Of a stretch of 64,000 nt of DNA, positions 15,101 through 27,100 are shown in pieces; position 1 is the stretch's first letter, and each line of letters begins with the position of its first letter. Made by a program: the position numbers and the translations under genes. The DNA is taken from NCBI GenBank assembly GCA_014728035.1, contig WJMJ01000062.1:1-64000 (forward strand), written 5' to 3'. The DNA is from Promethearchaeota archaeon. GTDB lineage: Archaea; Asgardarchaeota; Thorarchaeia; Thorarchaeales; Thorarchaeaceae. The notes beneath the pieces are model-generated. The model was not told the DNA's origin, did no database searches, and saw only the letters and a list, made by a program, of their open reading frames with translations.

Positions 15101-18100
15101 TGATTCCATGCACCATATGAATAGTATGGATTGGTATCAGATTCGAAATCACCATCTATTGCATCCATGTCATCATAGGAATACGTTCCAAAATAGTCCA
15201 ACATGGATAGAATTCCAGTCATGGAGGCATCCTTGAGCTTCACTAGCCCCTTCACAGGACTTGGTGCTAACACATTCCAGTGGAGCAATCCACTGGTATC
15301 ATTGAGTTCAGCTTTCATATTATGAATCTGAAGACCCCATAATGCATCACTATCACCAGTTTCAACTCGCATCATCAGAATGTGTACAGATGGAGAGAGA
15401 ACAACTTGTGACCTTGAAGGAATTTCAGTACCATCCAACCAGAGAGTCACATTAGCAACTCCGCCGTTACAAATGGGAACAAATGAATATATTCCCTCAG
15501 CATCTACCGTGAACAAGCTTCTGAAGGTTCCAACTTTACTCGCATCATGAATGATATTCAAGAGGGAGAGATACGGCTCTACTGAATCGGGATAGGATTC
15601 CCATACCACAGTATGATAGAATATTGGAGTCTGTATATCGTTTCCAGCGTTATCGGTACAATAGAATGAGTATGAAAATACTGTGTTTTCCGGTAGAGCT
15701 GGAAGTGTCGATACCCATGTTGCTGTTTCAGAGTTGTAGGTCATTGTTAGGTTTCGAGCTTCTCCTTCAATGCTAAGCAGTGCCGTAACAGACTGTACTC
15801 CAGAAGAGGTGAATGGTTCAACAAATTTTGCTACAAGTGTACCGTTGAGATCAGGTTGTGCATCCATGACTCGTGTATACACAAGTTCTGGAGGTATTAA
15901 GTCACTAACAGAGGTCACGGTCCGTATTGAAGTACTATCTTCATTACCTGCATAGTCTGAGAAAATCGCGTAATATTGTATGGACGAACCGTAGAAGAGA
16001 GGAAGGTGAGCTACAAATAGCACATACGTCACACCATTTTCAATGTACTGGTTAAGCACACCCATTCTAACCGTCATCCATCCCAATCCGTAGGTATAAT
16101 TAAGATAAGCTTGTTCAGGAAGAGAAGCATCAGAGGATTCACATAGAACCAGTTGTACAGTAGACGATTCGTTGTACAGTTCATCTCCAACGGGACCATC
16201 AAAGGAATGAACCTGTGGAGAAGTTAGATCTTCTATGCAAGCTGATACTGTAGCGGTTTGAGTAGACATTCTATCCTCGGGATTCGAGAAGTCATAATCA
16301 TTATCAGTTACAGTAACATATGCACACAAAGGATATCCATATACGATGACGGATGCATCTATCGAGAACATGTACCGCCAGGATGTTGCATTGTATGAGT
16401 CATCGAGGACCATTGTGTCCGAATGAATACCTGTTTCATGCCAGTAGTAGACCGTTATTTCTAATACACCACTACAATCAGTAACATTAGCATATATGGT
16501 TGCATCTTCATCGCAGGTAGATGCTGAGATCCACACTTTGACTTCTGGACGGAGCACATCATCATCGTGTCCAGATATAATAGTCTCAATCGAGTCCCAA
16601 AGCCAATCAGATGTTACTGTTCCATCATTATCTCTGGTATAGACAGTAATAGTGTATTCACCTATTAGATTCGGAATTGCAACTTGGAATACTTGAGCAT
16701 CTCCCGCAGAGCCATCAACAAGAACATCATCAGTGTAGTTTACACCGTCAAGCTCAACTATAACCTCACCAATACCACTCTCTTCATCAATTGCAGTCAC
16801 ATAGAGATACGATTGCCCTCCATCCATGACAGCACTATCGTCAATGTCAGTTATAGTCGGGGCTAAGAGGTCATCGTCACTAATAGTATAGCATGTTGAA
16901 GCACCAGAAGCACTCTGGTCAATAATTCCTCTATCACGGTCCAAATCGTAGATTGAGAACTCGACTACGATAGTTCTCCCTTCATCAGCATCATCAAAGT
17001 TATCCGAGTATATTTGGAAGAAGAATGATACTATGGTGGATGTGTTGTCAGGCCCCGTCCAGATATCAACAGGGTGAGCATAGGACTCGTTTATAAATCT
17101 CCAAGATGCAGATGATAGGTTTAGGTCAATTTTGTTCTCATCAGATGCAGTAATATAGCCAGAAATTGTTCCGTCGGAGGGGATAGTCGCATCACCTGGG
17201 ACATCTAAAGTGGGACCATCTGTATTATCGTCATAGACAACTACATCCCACTCGGAATGAGTAGTACTTTCACAACTCGGAGTGTCATTATCATATGCAG
17301 TGATTGTGTAATCGAAGGCTTCCGTAACAGTAGGGTCATCAATGTAATGAAGTGGTAAATCGACCCAGTAGTGGCCTGAGCCCCCATTATGCATAATAAG
17401 AGTGTCATTAAGCCCAGAGATGACATACTCGTAGTGTAGTGACACATTAGCAATACCGGATTGTGAATCGTTCACAGTACAACTCACCCGAATCTGCCCT
17501 TGATTGTAGAGCCCACCTGGTTTGACATATGGACTGCTGTCCGTTGGGTCTGGGTCGCCAACTGGCCACACATCAAAAACCTGTGGATCTGTTGTGTCAG
17601 TGTCTTCGAGATAGAATGACCAATATGCACCATCATTATCCCAGGTATGGCCACCGTATTTGTCAGTAGTGAAGTAGAAGGAGATGGTGTTTTCTTCGTC
17701 AGCAACATCCAAGAACCCAGTAAAGGAATATGACGAATAATGATTGTACAATGAGTAATATGTACTACTTTGATTAGTAGCTTGAATGAAATCTCCTGAA
17801 CCAACACGATACCATAGTGACAAGTCATTCGAACTATACATATAATCAATCTCAATATGAACCTGTTCGGAATCAGCATATTGGGAAGTTGCAAAGTCTG
17901 GATTAGGACTTGAAGCACGTAATTTAGGAGCACGGATGTAGAAACCAATATAGTCGCAATAGACATGCCAACTATCAGAGGAATACCACTTCACACGATA
18001 GTATACAGTTTCGTCATCATCATATCCAGCACCTGCTTGACGAGGTGACGTGGTATATGAGTTTGAGATTGGTACCCACCCATACATGAATGATGGTTCT

Positions 18101-21100
18101 GTAGACTGGTCCCAAAGATATTCCATAATACCAAAACTACCTGAAGCGATTCCCGAAACATCTGCATGAAGACTATGGTATCCGTAAGTAGGAATATCAT
18201 CAGGATTTTCTTCAAGAATATTACCGTACGCATCAGTTCGTCTTGTCACAAGGGCAAGCTCAGTGTTTGATGCGGTGAATGTCACATTGTATTGAGTACC
18301 ATAGGTAACACCAGTGAAGGTGTATATGTTGCCATCAACAGTATAGGATAATGTTGGATACACACTAGAGAAAGTCCATGAACTATGTTTGGTCACCTTA
18401 AATTCCCCATCACTTGTTGATTGATGATCACCATAATCTTGTAACGCAAAATTATATGGAAGAACCCATGTAGTGATATCGCTAACAGGGTTGGATGAGA
18501 AGGACGCTGACACTGAGAGCGAACTTTGTCTATAATATGTCTTGACTTGGTCTATAGATAGTGAGATGACCGAAGTCTGTGCAGTGATCCATACGTCACT
18601 TGCTTCGGCATGACTAACGGTCTGACCATTCGCAGTCAATTGTTGTACATTGGAACCACCCGAGTCGGTCCAATGTACTTCAATCTGGTAGTTGAACATG
18701 GTTGAACCAGTGATTACAGTATCAACTCTGACTTTTACAAAAAAGTCATTAGTATCACTCCCTCCAGTACTCCAATATCGTTTACCTGTCGAACCAGAGT
18801 AGTCACCGTATTTCCAATACGGTTTTGAATACACGTAGTCATCACCCTGAATCGATGATTTTTCTTCCGGATCAGTAATGTAGAAGCTGCTACCTTGGAT
18901 AGATACCCAATACCACCCACTAGATAACGATGAAAATGTGAATGAGTACCACTCATGAGTAGAGGTCGAGGCATCAAAGGAACCGGAACGAAGAATCGAA
19001 TTATAGTTTGGTGCCGTTTCAGTCCCACCATATATGAACCAGTGTATGTTATTACCCACAAAACCCGTCTGTTCTTCAGCTTTTACATATACCTGTACTT
19101 CAGATACAGATGAACCAGATGCAATATTGAATGATTGTGCATAACAATTTCCAGAATTCCAGCCGCAATCTTCATCCTGTGGAGTACCAGATGGATCATG
19201 AAGATTTTCAATCACACGATTGGTAATAGAAGACAGATCCCAATAGGTATAGTCATATTCGATAGCATTATGTATGCTGAGATGTTCACCATTGGTGAAC
19301 GTGTCTGACGCCTGATAGCTTGCCCATCGATCTATTGAATGAGAGCCAATTGTTCCGGTATAAGGCTGGTCAATAGCATTGTTCAATCCCGTCATAGGAG
19401 GATAAGACATGAGAGTCATGATTCCATCCCATGAGTTCCAAGAGCCATCTGAATGGGAATCCCACTCAAATCTTGAGAGGAATGGTTCAATTATTCTGAG
19501 CCAATCGATTTGGCCCTCACCCTCAACCTCGCCAGCCTGAACTAGGATCTCTAACTCTGCAACATCCTCAAGGAATTCTACATCAGCAGTCACGATTGCC
19601 CAGATAATTGATTCTTCATCAAAAGAGTACGAAGTAGCGGTGGAATTGATAGCTGAGATGTTCATTTGTGAAGAGTAGCCAACTCGTTCTCTAAACTGGA
19701 ATACACTATAGATTGTTGTATCTATCTTCGGATCCTGAACGTGCTGCAGTTTTGTTTCCTTGAACGAATCACAAGTGATGGTAAGAATGCCTTGCTGGCT
19801 TTGGGCAACAGAAGCTATCGTAGAATTGTTCGTGTGAACATATTCCCAATTTCTGATTCTGTAGATATGAAGTTCGTCAAGAAGGATTGACTTGTTCAAC
19901 AAGACTGAGGACTGGGTTTCCTTAATGAGAAGTTCAATCGATGTGATGGACCAGTCGTGACGATTGGTAGATAGTAGTTGCTCGTAGATATTTCTGTTTT
20001 CCTCAACAGATTCTGAAGGGGTCATTGATAGAATATCAAGGGTCTCAGTTGTCAGTCCATCAGTCATCTCAAATCGTAGAGTCAGATGTAGATCTCCAAC
20101 ACCAGAGAGCTTGAAACGCATGAAGGGATACTCCTCAGGAACTGCATCGAGATGTTCTAGTCTAAGAATCACGTATTCCATAGATGATTGGTCAGTACAG
20201 TTCAGAGTGACGTTCATCTGCCCAGAATCGTAGGACAGTATGGTCTTTGAATATGCGTCAGAGGATGACTCTTCGGTGTCAATTATCCACCAACTGGTTG
20301 TCGAGAAGTCCTGAAATACAGCATATTCTTCTGCAAAAGTCCCATCATGAAATGCTGTGCTGACCTCCTCAATAGTACCAGTCCATCCATCTAACAGCCC
20401 TGATGGATGAATATCATGTGAGGAAACCACAAAGTTAGGATCGATTTCGATTCCGGATATCAACTCAAATCGTTCCTCAAGCAAGGGCAGGAGAACAAGG
20501 GACTGATCTGTATCTACACTGACTGAACTGGCGGGAAGAGTGGCAGTTACATACTGTCCATCAAGACCCATAAGACCAAATCCCAATCCAGATGAGTAGA
20601 TAGCTGCGAATTGCGGGTTCGAGATGATAGGTTCAGTGACGGATTGATTCAGAACACCAAAGGAATCGCTGTATCTGGTTGCCTGTTCTGACAGAATAAA
20701 GCGAATATCCATATCGGACTGTGTAGATACATCAATCGCTCCATTGAACCAGAAGGAGACCTCAACCGATTCTTTTGTTTCAACAAGTTCTTGGGACACA
20801 ACGACATAGCTCTGCGTCCAGTCAAGAATAGTGGTCTCAGCTCTGGTGAAGATATGTGTGTCATTCTCAAGAGCAATCTGACCAATAGACCATTCCATCA
20901 AGGAATCACCGAGTATGATGTTTGTAGATCCAATATCTGTGTCATACCGAAGTGTTACCTCAAGTCGCTCATTGAGTGCTTGGTCCGATGGAGAGAAAGC
21001 AATACAATCTACAGAGAGAGAACGGGCTTGTCCGTCAGTACCAAGGACAAATCCATATCCCAAGACAGTACTACCAAGAGAGGAAATGTCATAGACGGTG

Positions 21101-24100
21101 CTAACGTTGGTAAGACTGATGGTATGGTTACCAGAATCGGTAGTAAGAATGAGGTCGCAAAATGTTAGATTAAAGGTGGAATCCACATGAAGGAACGGTG
21201 AGGCTGATATATCAATCTCCAAGCTGTCAGGATAGTACACGGTCATGGTGCTATCAACCTGATAGACCAATGAGTCTTCACTCAATGTTGAGATGGATTC
21301 ATACTTTCTATCAAGTAGAGGGGTATCCATAGTGAGAGCCATGTCAGAGCCATCATGCATATTTATCCATGAAATAGACCAATTCAGAAATTCGGCACCA
21401 TCAATACTGAATTCGATAGAGCTGATATATCGTGGATAGGTCTGTATTCGCTGAATATTCTGTATAGTATCGGGGGTGATAGAGAAGGTTTCTGAGACAC
21501 CAGTCCGATTCATTCCGGACCATATTGTCAAAGACAGAGAGTCTACAGTTGAGTGATTGACTGTGCAAGCAATGTCTATCACAGACAGATGTTGTGTAGA
21601 ATCAAGATTTAGCCAGACATTGCTAGTGCCTTCACCAGGATGAAGGATATTGAGAGCGCCTGTATCAGTCGTTCCACCTTCTACCTCAAGGCCAAAGAAG
21701 TCAGGAATAGAATACTGACTCTCCGCCTCAATTGCAGGAGTATTACAGGTTCGTAGCCAGTCCAGACTGAGATAGGGCATGTTTCCAGACACAGAACAGT
21801 TGAATGTAAGATCTGTAAAAATGCCTTCAAAGTCCAAGAAGGTAAGACTGTCTGTGAGAAGTCCAATATACTCATCGTCACCATACACATAAACAGCACA
21901 ATCAACAAAGATTGAAGATATTCCAAGTATATGCATCTGTGAGGAGGAGATGTAGGTGTCCTCGATAGTCACTGAGAACCAATCAATGCTATTATTACCA
22001 ACAATCTCCAGTCTTCCGTCATTCCATTGCTCATCACCATTGATAACCGTAATCTGACTTGTATTTGTAAACGAGTTTGCATAAGCTCCATCCGATTGAA
22101 AATCATCATTCGGTTGAACAGACCGAGGTAATAGTGTTGAAGGCTCAATACTGCCAAACTCAGCTGCTAAGCCCATAAAGCCTGAGTCTGTATATGGATC
22201 AGTCTCAAGTAGAGAGGCGGGAGATAACAGATTATCCCAGTCCCAGCGTATACCTGTCAGGACATATCCTAGTTTTTCAATCCCTTCTGTGAGATAAGTC
22301 TCATCATCCATTGGGAACATATCAAGCATGGTAAGAAGTCCTGCTCCAACACGTACGGTACATTCTCCGAATTGACCAGATGAGTCCTTACTGTAGATAT
22401 TCTGAGGGTTGACTCTTGATAGATCAACCGCGTAAAGATTTGAGATCTGTGAATAGCCACCATTCTCGATCAGGGTGAAAGAGTCCAAGGAGAGAGCAGG
22501 AGCTAATTCTATCATGTCGTAACCCGATACTGCAAAGACACCAGCACCGAATCGTGGAATGCCATTCATATACGAGAGCAGGTCGTTGTAGATATTGGGT
22601 CGATATCGCGATTCCTCAGAGAGTAGCGAGTCGGAAGCATAGACTATCATTGAACCAGTCATCATATTCTCAGCTGAATCTCTCAAGGTTACTTGATGAT
22701 ACCCAATGGAGTAAGGCTCATAGCCAGTCAGGAAACAAAGATAGTGGTCATAGGACTCGGTTCTGTTTGTAACTGAGCCAAGAGAAATGAGGGTGAGTCG
22801 AAAGTCGTTCTCGTTGATAGATGCGGTTCTTGTGCCCTTTTCTATCTCATGTGCCAATGCGGTCATAGACACTCTGTCAAATATTACTTCATCATCAACT
22901 AGAATATCAAAGGTGTTGTTGAGGGTAATATAATCAGAGGGTATAGCGAGAGAGAAGGAGTACGAGTAAGATGCTTCTTTTGGAATATAGCTAGTCATTG
23001 CTACTTCATTTCCAGACCCATCAAGCACAAGCTCTGTTCCATTATAGTAGATCTGTTCTTTCATGTCATCAAATCGTACTATACTAGTATCAATCTGTGA
23101 TTGTAAAACGAGCTGAGAACTCAAGCTTCTCCCATGTGCGGAAGTACCAGACAGGTATAGGTATTCCTCTGAAGAGTACAGTTTTCCTTGAACAGAAACA
23201 TAGTCAAATGGAATCACTCCAGACGAAACAATCTGATTACCATCAGCTATCCAAGAATGAATATACGAGTCACCAGTACCATCTAGTTCCAATAGTTGAT
23301 ATGGAATACTATCGGAGAGAATCACCAGAATGCCGGGGATATGATTTTGAACTAAGAAAATCAATTGTTCATCATTTATTACCGCAATATTGGAATGACC
23401 ACTCATAATGAGGCTTGTGCAAATTCTTGCAGTATCCTCACCATACACATAGACTGGGATTGTATTGTACGAATCATCAGGAATTTGACTATAGACCTGA
23501 CTGTCGGATGTGACATAGTCTGCGATAGACACATGGGTTGTATTTGTGGTACTGTTGAATGTTACAGTAACTATCTCTGTCGAGGGTAGTTGTGATTCTG
23601 GGTGAAGAGCAAAGTAAGCTGAGAGATAGTTTTTAGCCTCGCCTAGAATGGTCTCATGAGATTGGTCTATAGCAGTCTCAAAATAGATTCCTGTCTTCTG
23701 GTATCCAATGCTATTCTCTTGTGAAGCGTCATGGATCCCAAAGATCAATCGGGTGTCATCTAGCGAGTCGCCTGAAACAGATGAATCACCATCATACACA
23801 AATGCTTGCGAATCAGAAAATGCTGAATAGCTCAGTCCAAAACCGGTGGTGATATCCTGAGAGGGGATTCTTATGCTGAATGAATCTCCAGCAGAGAGGG
23901 AAATGGACCTATCAAATTCAAACAAGAACACTCCTTCAGTATCAACAGTTTCTTTGGATTCGTAGCGATGTCCATTGTGGACCAGCTCTATAGAGACTTC
24001 CTGGGAAGTAATATCCACATCACTAAGAGAGAGATAGATACCAGACGCCTGTATATCTTCCTTTACCTGTGCTTGTTGTTCGATCGCTCCAGCTATGGAG

Positions 24101-27100
24101 GGGATGGTAGCCGTGATAGGAATGGATGACAGCTTGGTGACTGTATCTTGTTCACCAAGTCCACGATATCTCCATTCTCCCAACTGATACGGAGGATAGT
24201 CCCAATCATCACACAGAGGTGAACTGTCCATCAGCTCGTATCCAACCATCTGAAGTGCAATAGTCTTCAGCGAACTGGAGACCGATGTGTTGAGTAAGAG
24301 GTGATGAATCCAATCGTTTTCAACTGGATTTGTCAGCAAGTCAGATGTGACAATTGACGGTAACATTTCCTTAACATTGTCGAAGTTGCCAAGTGACCAG
24401 CTGAGATACTCTGATACTAGGTCTAGGTCAATATCACCAATGAGTGGGCCTGGATCTAATCTTAGGAGAAATTCAAGGCGTCTCATTCGTTCGGGTGATC
24501 GAGTGATACCGACTAACGTAAGTATTTGTGTAGCGAGTGAATTGATTCCAGTATCAAATGCCATTCCGGTCTTCTTGTAGACATCTTCAGCTTCTGATAG
24601 AAGTGCATCTATCTCTGGGAGTAGATCATCTGGAAGAATTGCTGCGATGATCTTTCTGGCACTACTTCGTGCACCATTGAGGTATGCGGATTTTGTACAA
24701 CCATCCTTGCCGAGTTTATGATCCGACCTATCAAAATATTTCTCTGCTTTGCCATTTTCGTTGATAGCTAGAGCGATTGTTTCAAACGGATGAATAGCAT
24801 CCCCCTTTACTGATGATGTTCGGACGACATATACACCTTCTTTGTAGGGATGGGTATGAACGAAGGTTTGAATATTCCCTGTAGATTTGACCCCTGTCAT
24901 TTTGATGGATGTTTCACCCTCGATTACATTGATAGAGGTTAGATACTTTGCACCGATATCCAGAATGAATCCCGATGAGAACCACATATGTCCCTCACTA
25001 TCTTTTTGAGCAAGGAGCATCAACGTTCGACTATCAGAAGCATGCTGGGCATCAAGATAGGAACCTCCAACAGGATGTTCGATGTCAATAGGAATCCAGA
25101 TACCGTCGCCTTCATCACTCTTCCAACCATCAGCTGCGTTAAAGGTTGTGTCGGAGGATATCAATCCTCTATCTAGTAATTCATTATAGCGAGTTCTGTC
25201 AATCGAAGCAATTGCTGCAAAGGAACCATACCTTCTGTTATCAGGCCACTTCTCACCAGTATAGATATCTCCGGTACGATAGATATCACTTTTAGTATCA
25301 TGTGTGTTGTGTGATCCTTCATCAACCTCAGCAATAAGTGATTCAAATCGCCATCTACTACGTTGCAGCAGATGATATACAGGCGAAAATAAGATAACAT
25401 CGATCATATTACAGAGCTTCCTGAACTCAATTCGGAATTTTTGAGGAGCTGGTGTTCCATCTATGACCAGATTCTCTTTATATGCAGGTATCGTATAGAT
25501 TTCTTCATAGACACTACTGAGAGATTCCTCAACCTGTTTTAGTTCAGAATAACTCTGAGAGTTTGGTTCGGTCCTATATTTCTCTAGAGCTATTTTATAG
25601 TCGGTTATTGTTTTTATCAAAGCGCGTAACTTATCGGCGACACCCCCCTCACCCTCTTTGCCTCCCCAGAATTCGCGATTACTACTTGTCTGTATCTTTG
25701 AAGACCCTCTAAGAGGTGAAACAATGGTATCTTTATTTTCTATTTTGTTAACGATACTCGTTAATAGAGCTTTACTAAACTCTGTAATAATGGGAACATC
25801 AGCCCTACAAAGACTGCTAAGACGACCGCCAATAAATGGAGACCCTTCATGGGTATAGCAGATCACGTAATCATCTAGACCATCTAAGGGTAATTTCGAG
25901 ATTTCTATGACAATATCGTCGTATTGTCCGGATATTTCTGGTACGGTGAACAGTGTAGGAATCTCAAAATCGTTATCAATAAAAAAAGAATGTAGGACTT
26001 TCCCCGGATTACGAGAACCTAGAAGTGGAGTTTGGACAGGATTATTGGAATTGCTTCCTTTTTGCGGATAGATTTGACCAACGGGCAATTCAATCTGGAT
26101 AGAAATTTCAGAAAATTTCTCCCATGACTTAAACAGAGAAAGATATCTTTCAACGAGTCGACCTGTTCTATCTTCATATTTTATCTTTTTTTTACCATAT
26201 TCCGTATCGGTAAATCCAAGTGGATGAATAGTTGTACTTATTTTTTCAGTTTCTCTTTTATTCTCTTTCAGGATTCTAGACATGAAATTTTGAGCAATGT
26301 CGGCCTCATCGAGATAGATTTTTCCAAGTAGCTTGCCAGAGTCTATCCGAACCCATGAACTCCTAGTTTCAGATACTATTTTTGCACCACTCATAGGAAT
26401 CTTATATTTATCGGAGTCTTCATAGCGTGCTGCCCAATAGAACAGTTTCTCAAAGGTATCAATATTCTTAGAAGGGTTAGGACCCGATTCTGTTTTTCCT
26501 TCACATAGAGCACTAGGAAAACCTATTTCTCCAAGAATAGAATTAGAAATGCCACTCGTTTTAGATATATCAATGGCATGTTTCATCAATGCATCGGGGT
26601 CTATAGTAATAGCACCTTCTTCGATTCGCAGGATACCAGTTACCTCTGCATCTTTGAACAAGTCGAGCTCCTTTGGTTCCAGATCGGATTCTTTTCGTCC
26701 AAGTAGTTTATGATATTCCTGCTTAAGATAGACTATCTTCTGGGGACGGATCTCTCCTGATTCATCTCTGGAATATAGAGCTACAAATATTGGAGGAATA
26801 TCGCTTCCCACTAGACCATGCCGTTCAGATTGAGCGCTTGTGGTCTTCAGTATTTCTACTTTCTCTGATTCTTTATTGATTCGTCTGTATTCTACCATAT
26901 CACGAAGATGCTTTCCCGAAGAAGGCTTTGCAAAGTAGTGAAGTAGTGCAATCCGGGTATTCTTAACATCATCTAGCTCACCCATCTTTATTGCAAGAGT
27001 TTCAACTGCACCTCGCACCGTACCAATGAGATGAGTAAGAACCTTGTCAACATCTTCAGATATTTCAAATTCCTGTAGGATTTGTTGCGAGATAGCTATG

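Noticed and set aside
25290-25330. SHNT as a possible intein C-terminal splice junction
   Set aside because: No recognisable intein blocks A, B or F and no LAGLIDADG motifs.
26900-26950. AKPSSGKH as a P-loop in the giant protein
   Set aside because: It lacks the first Gly and the S/T after Lys, and has no evident Walker B.
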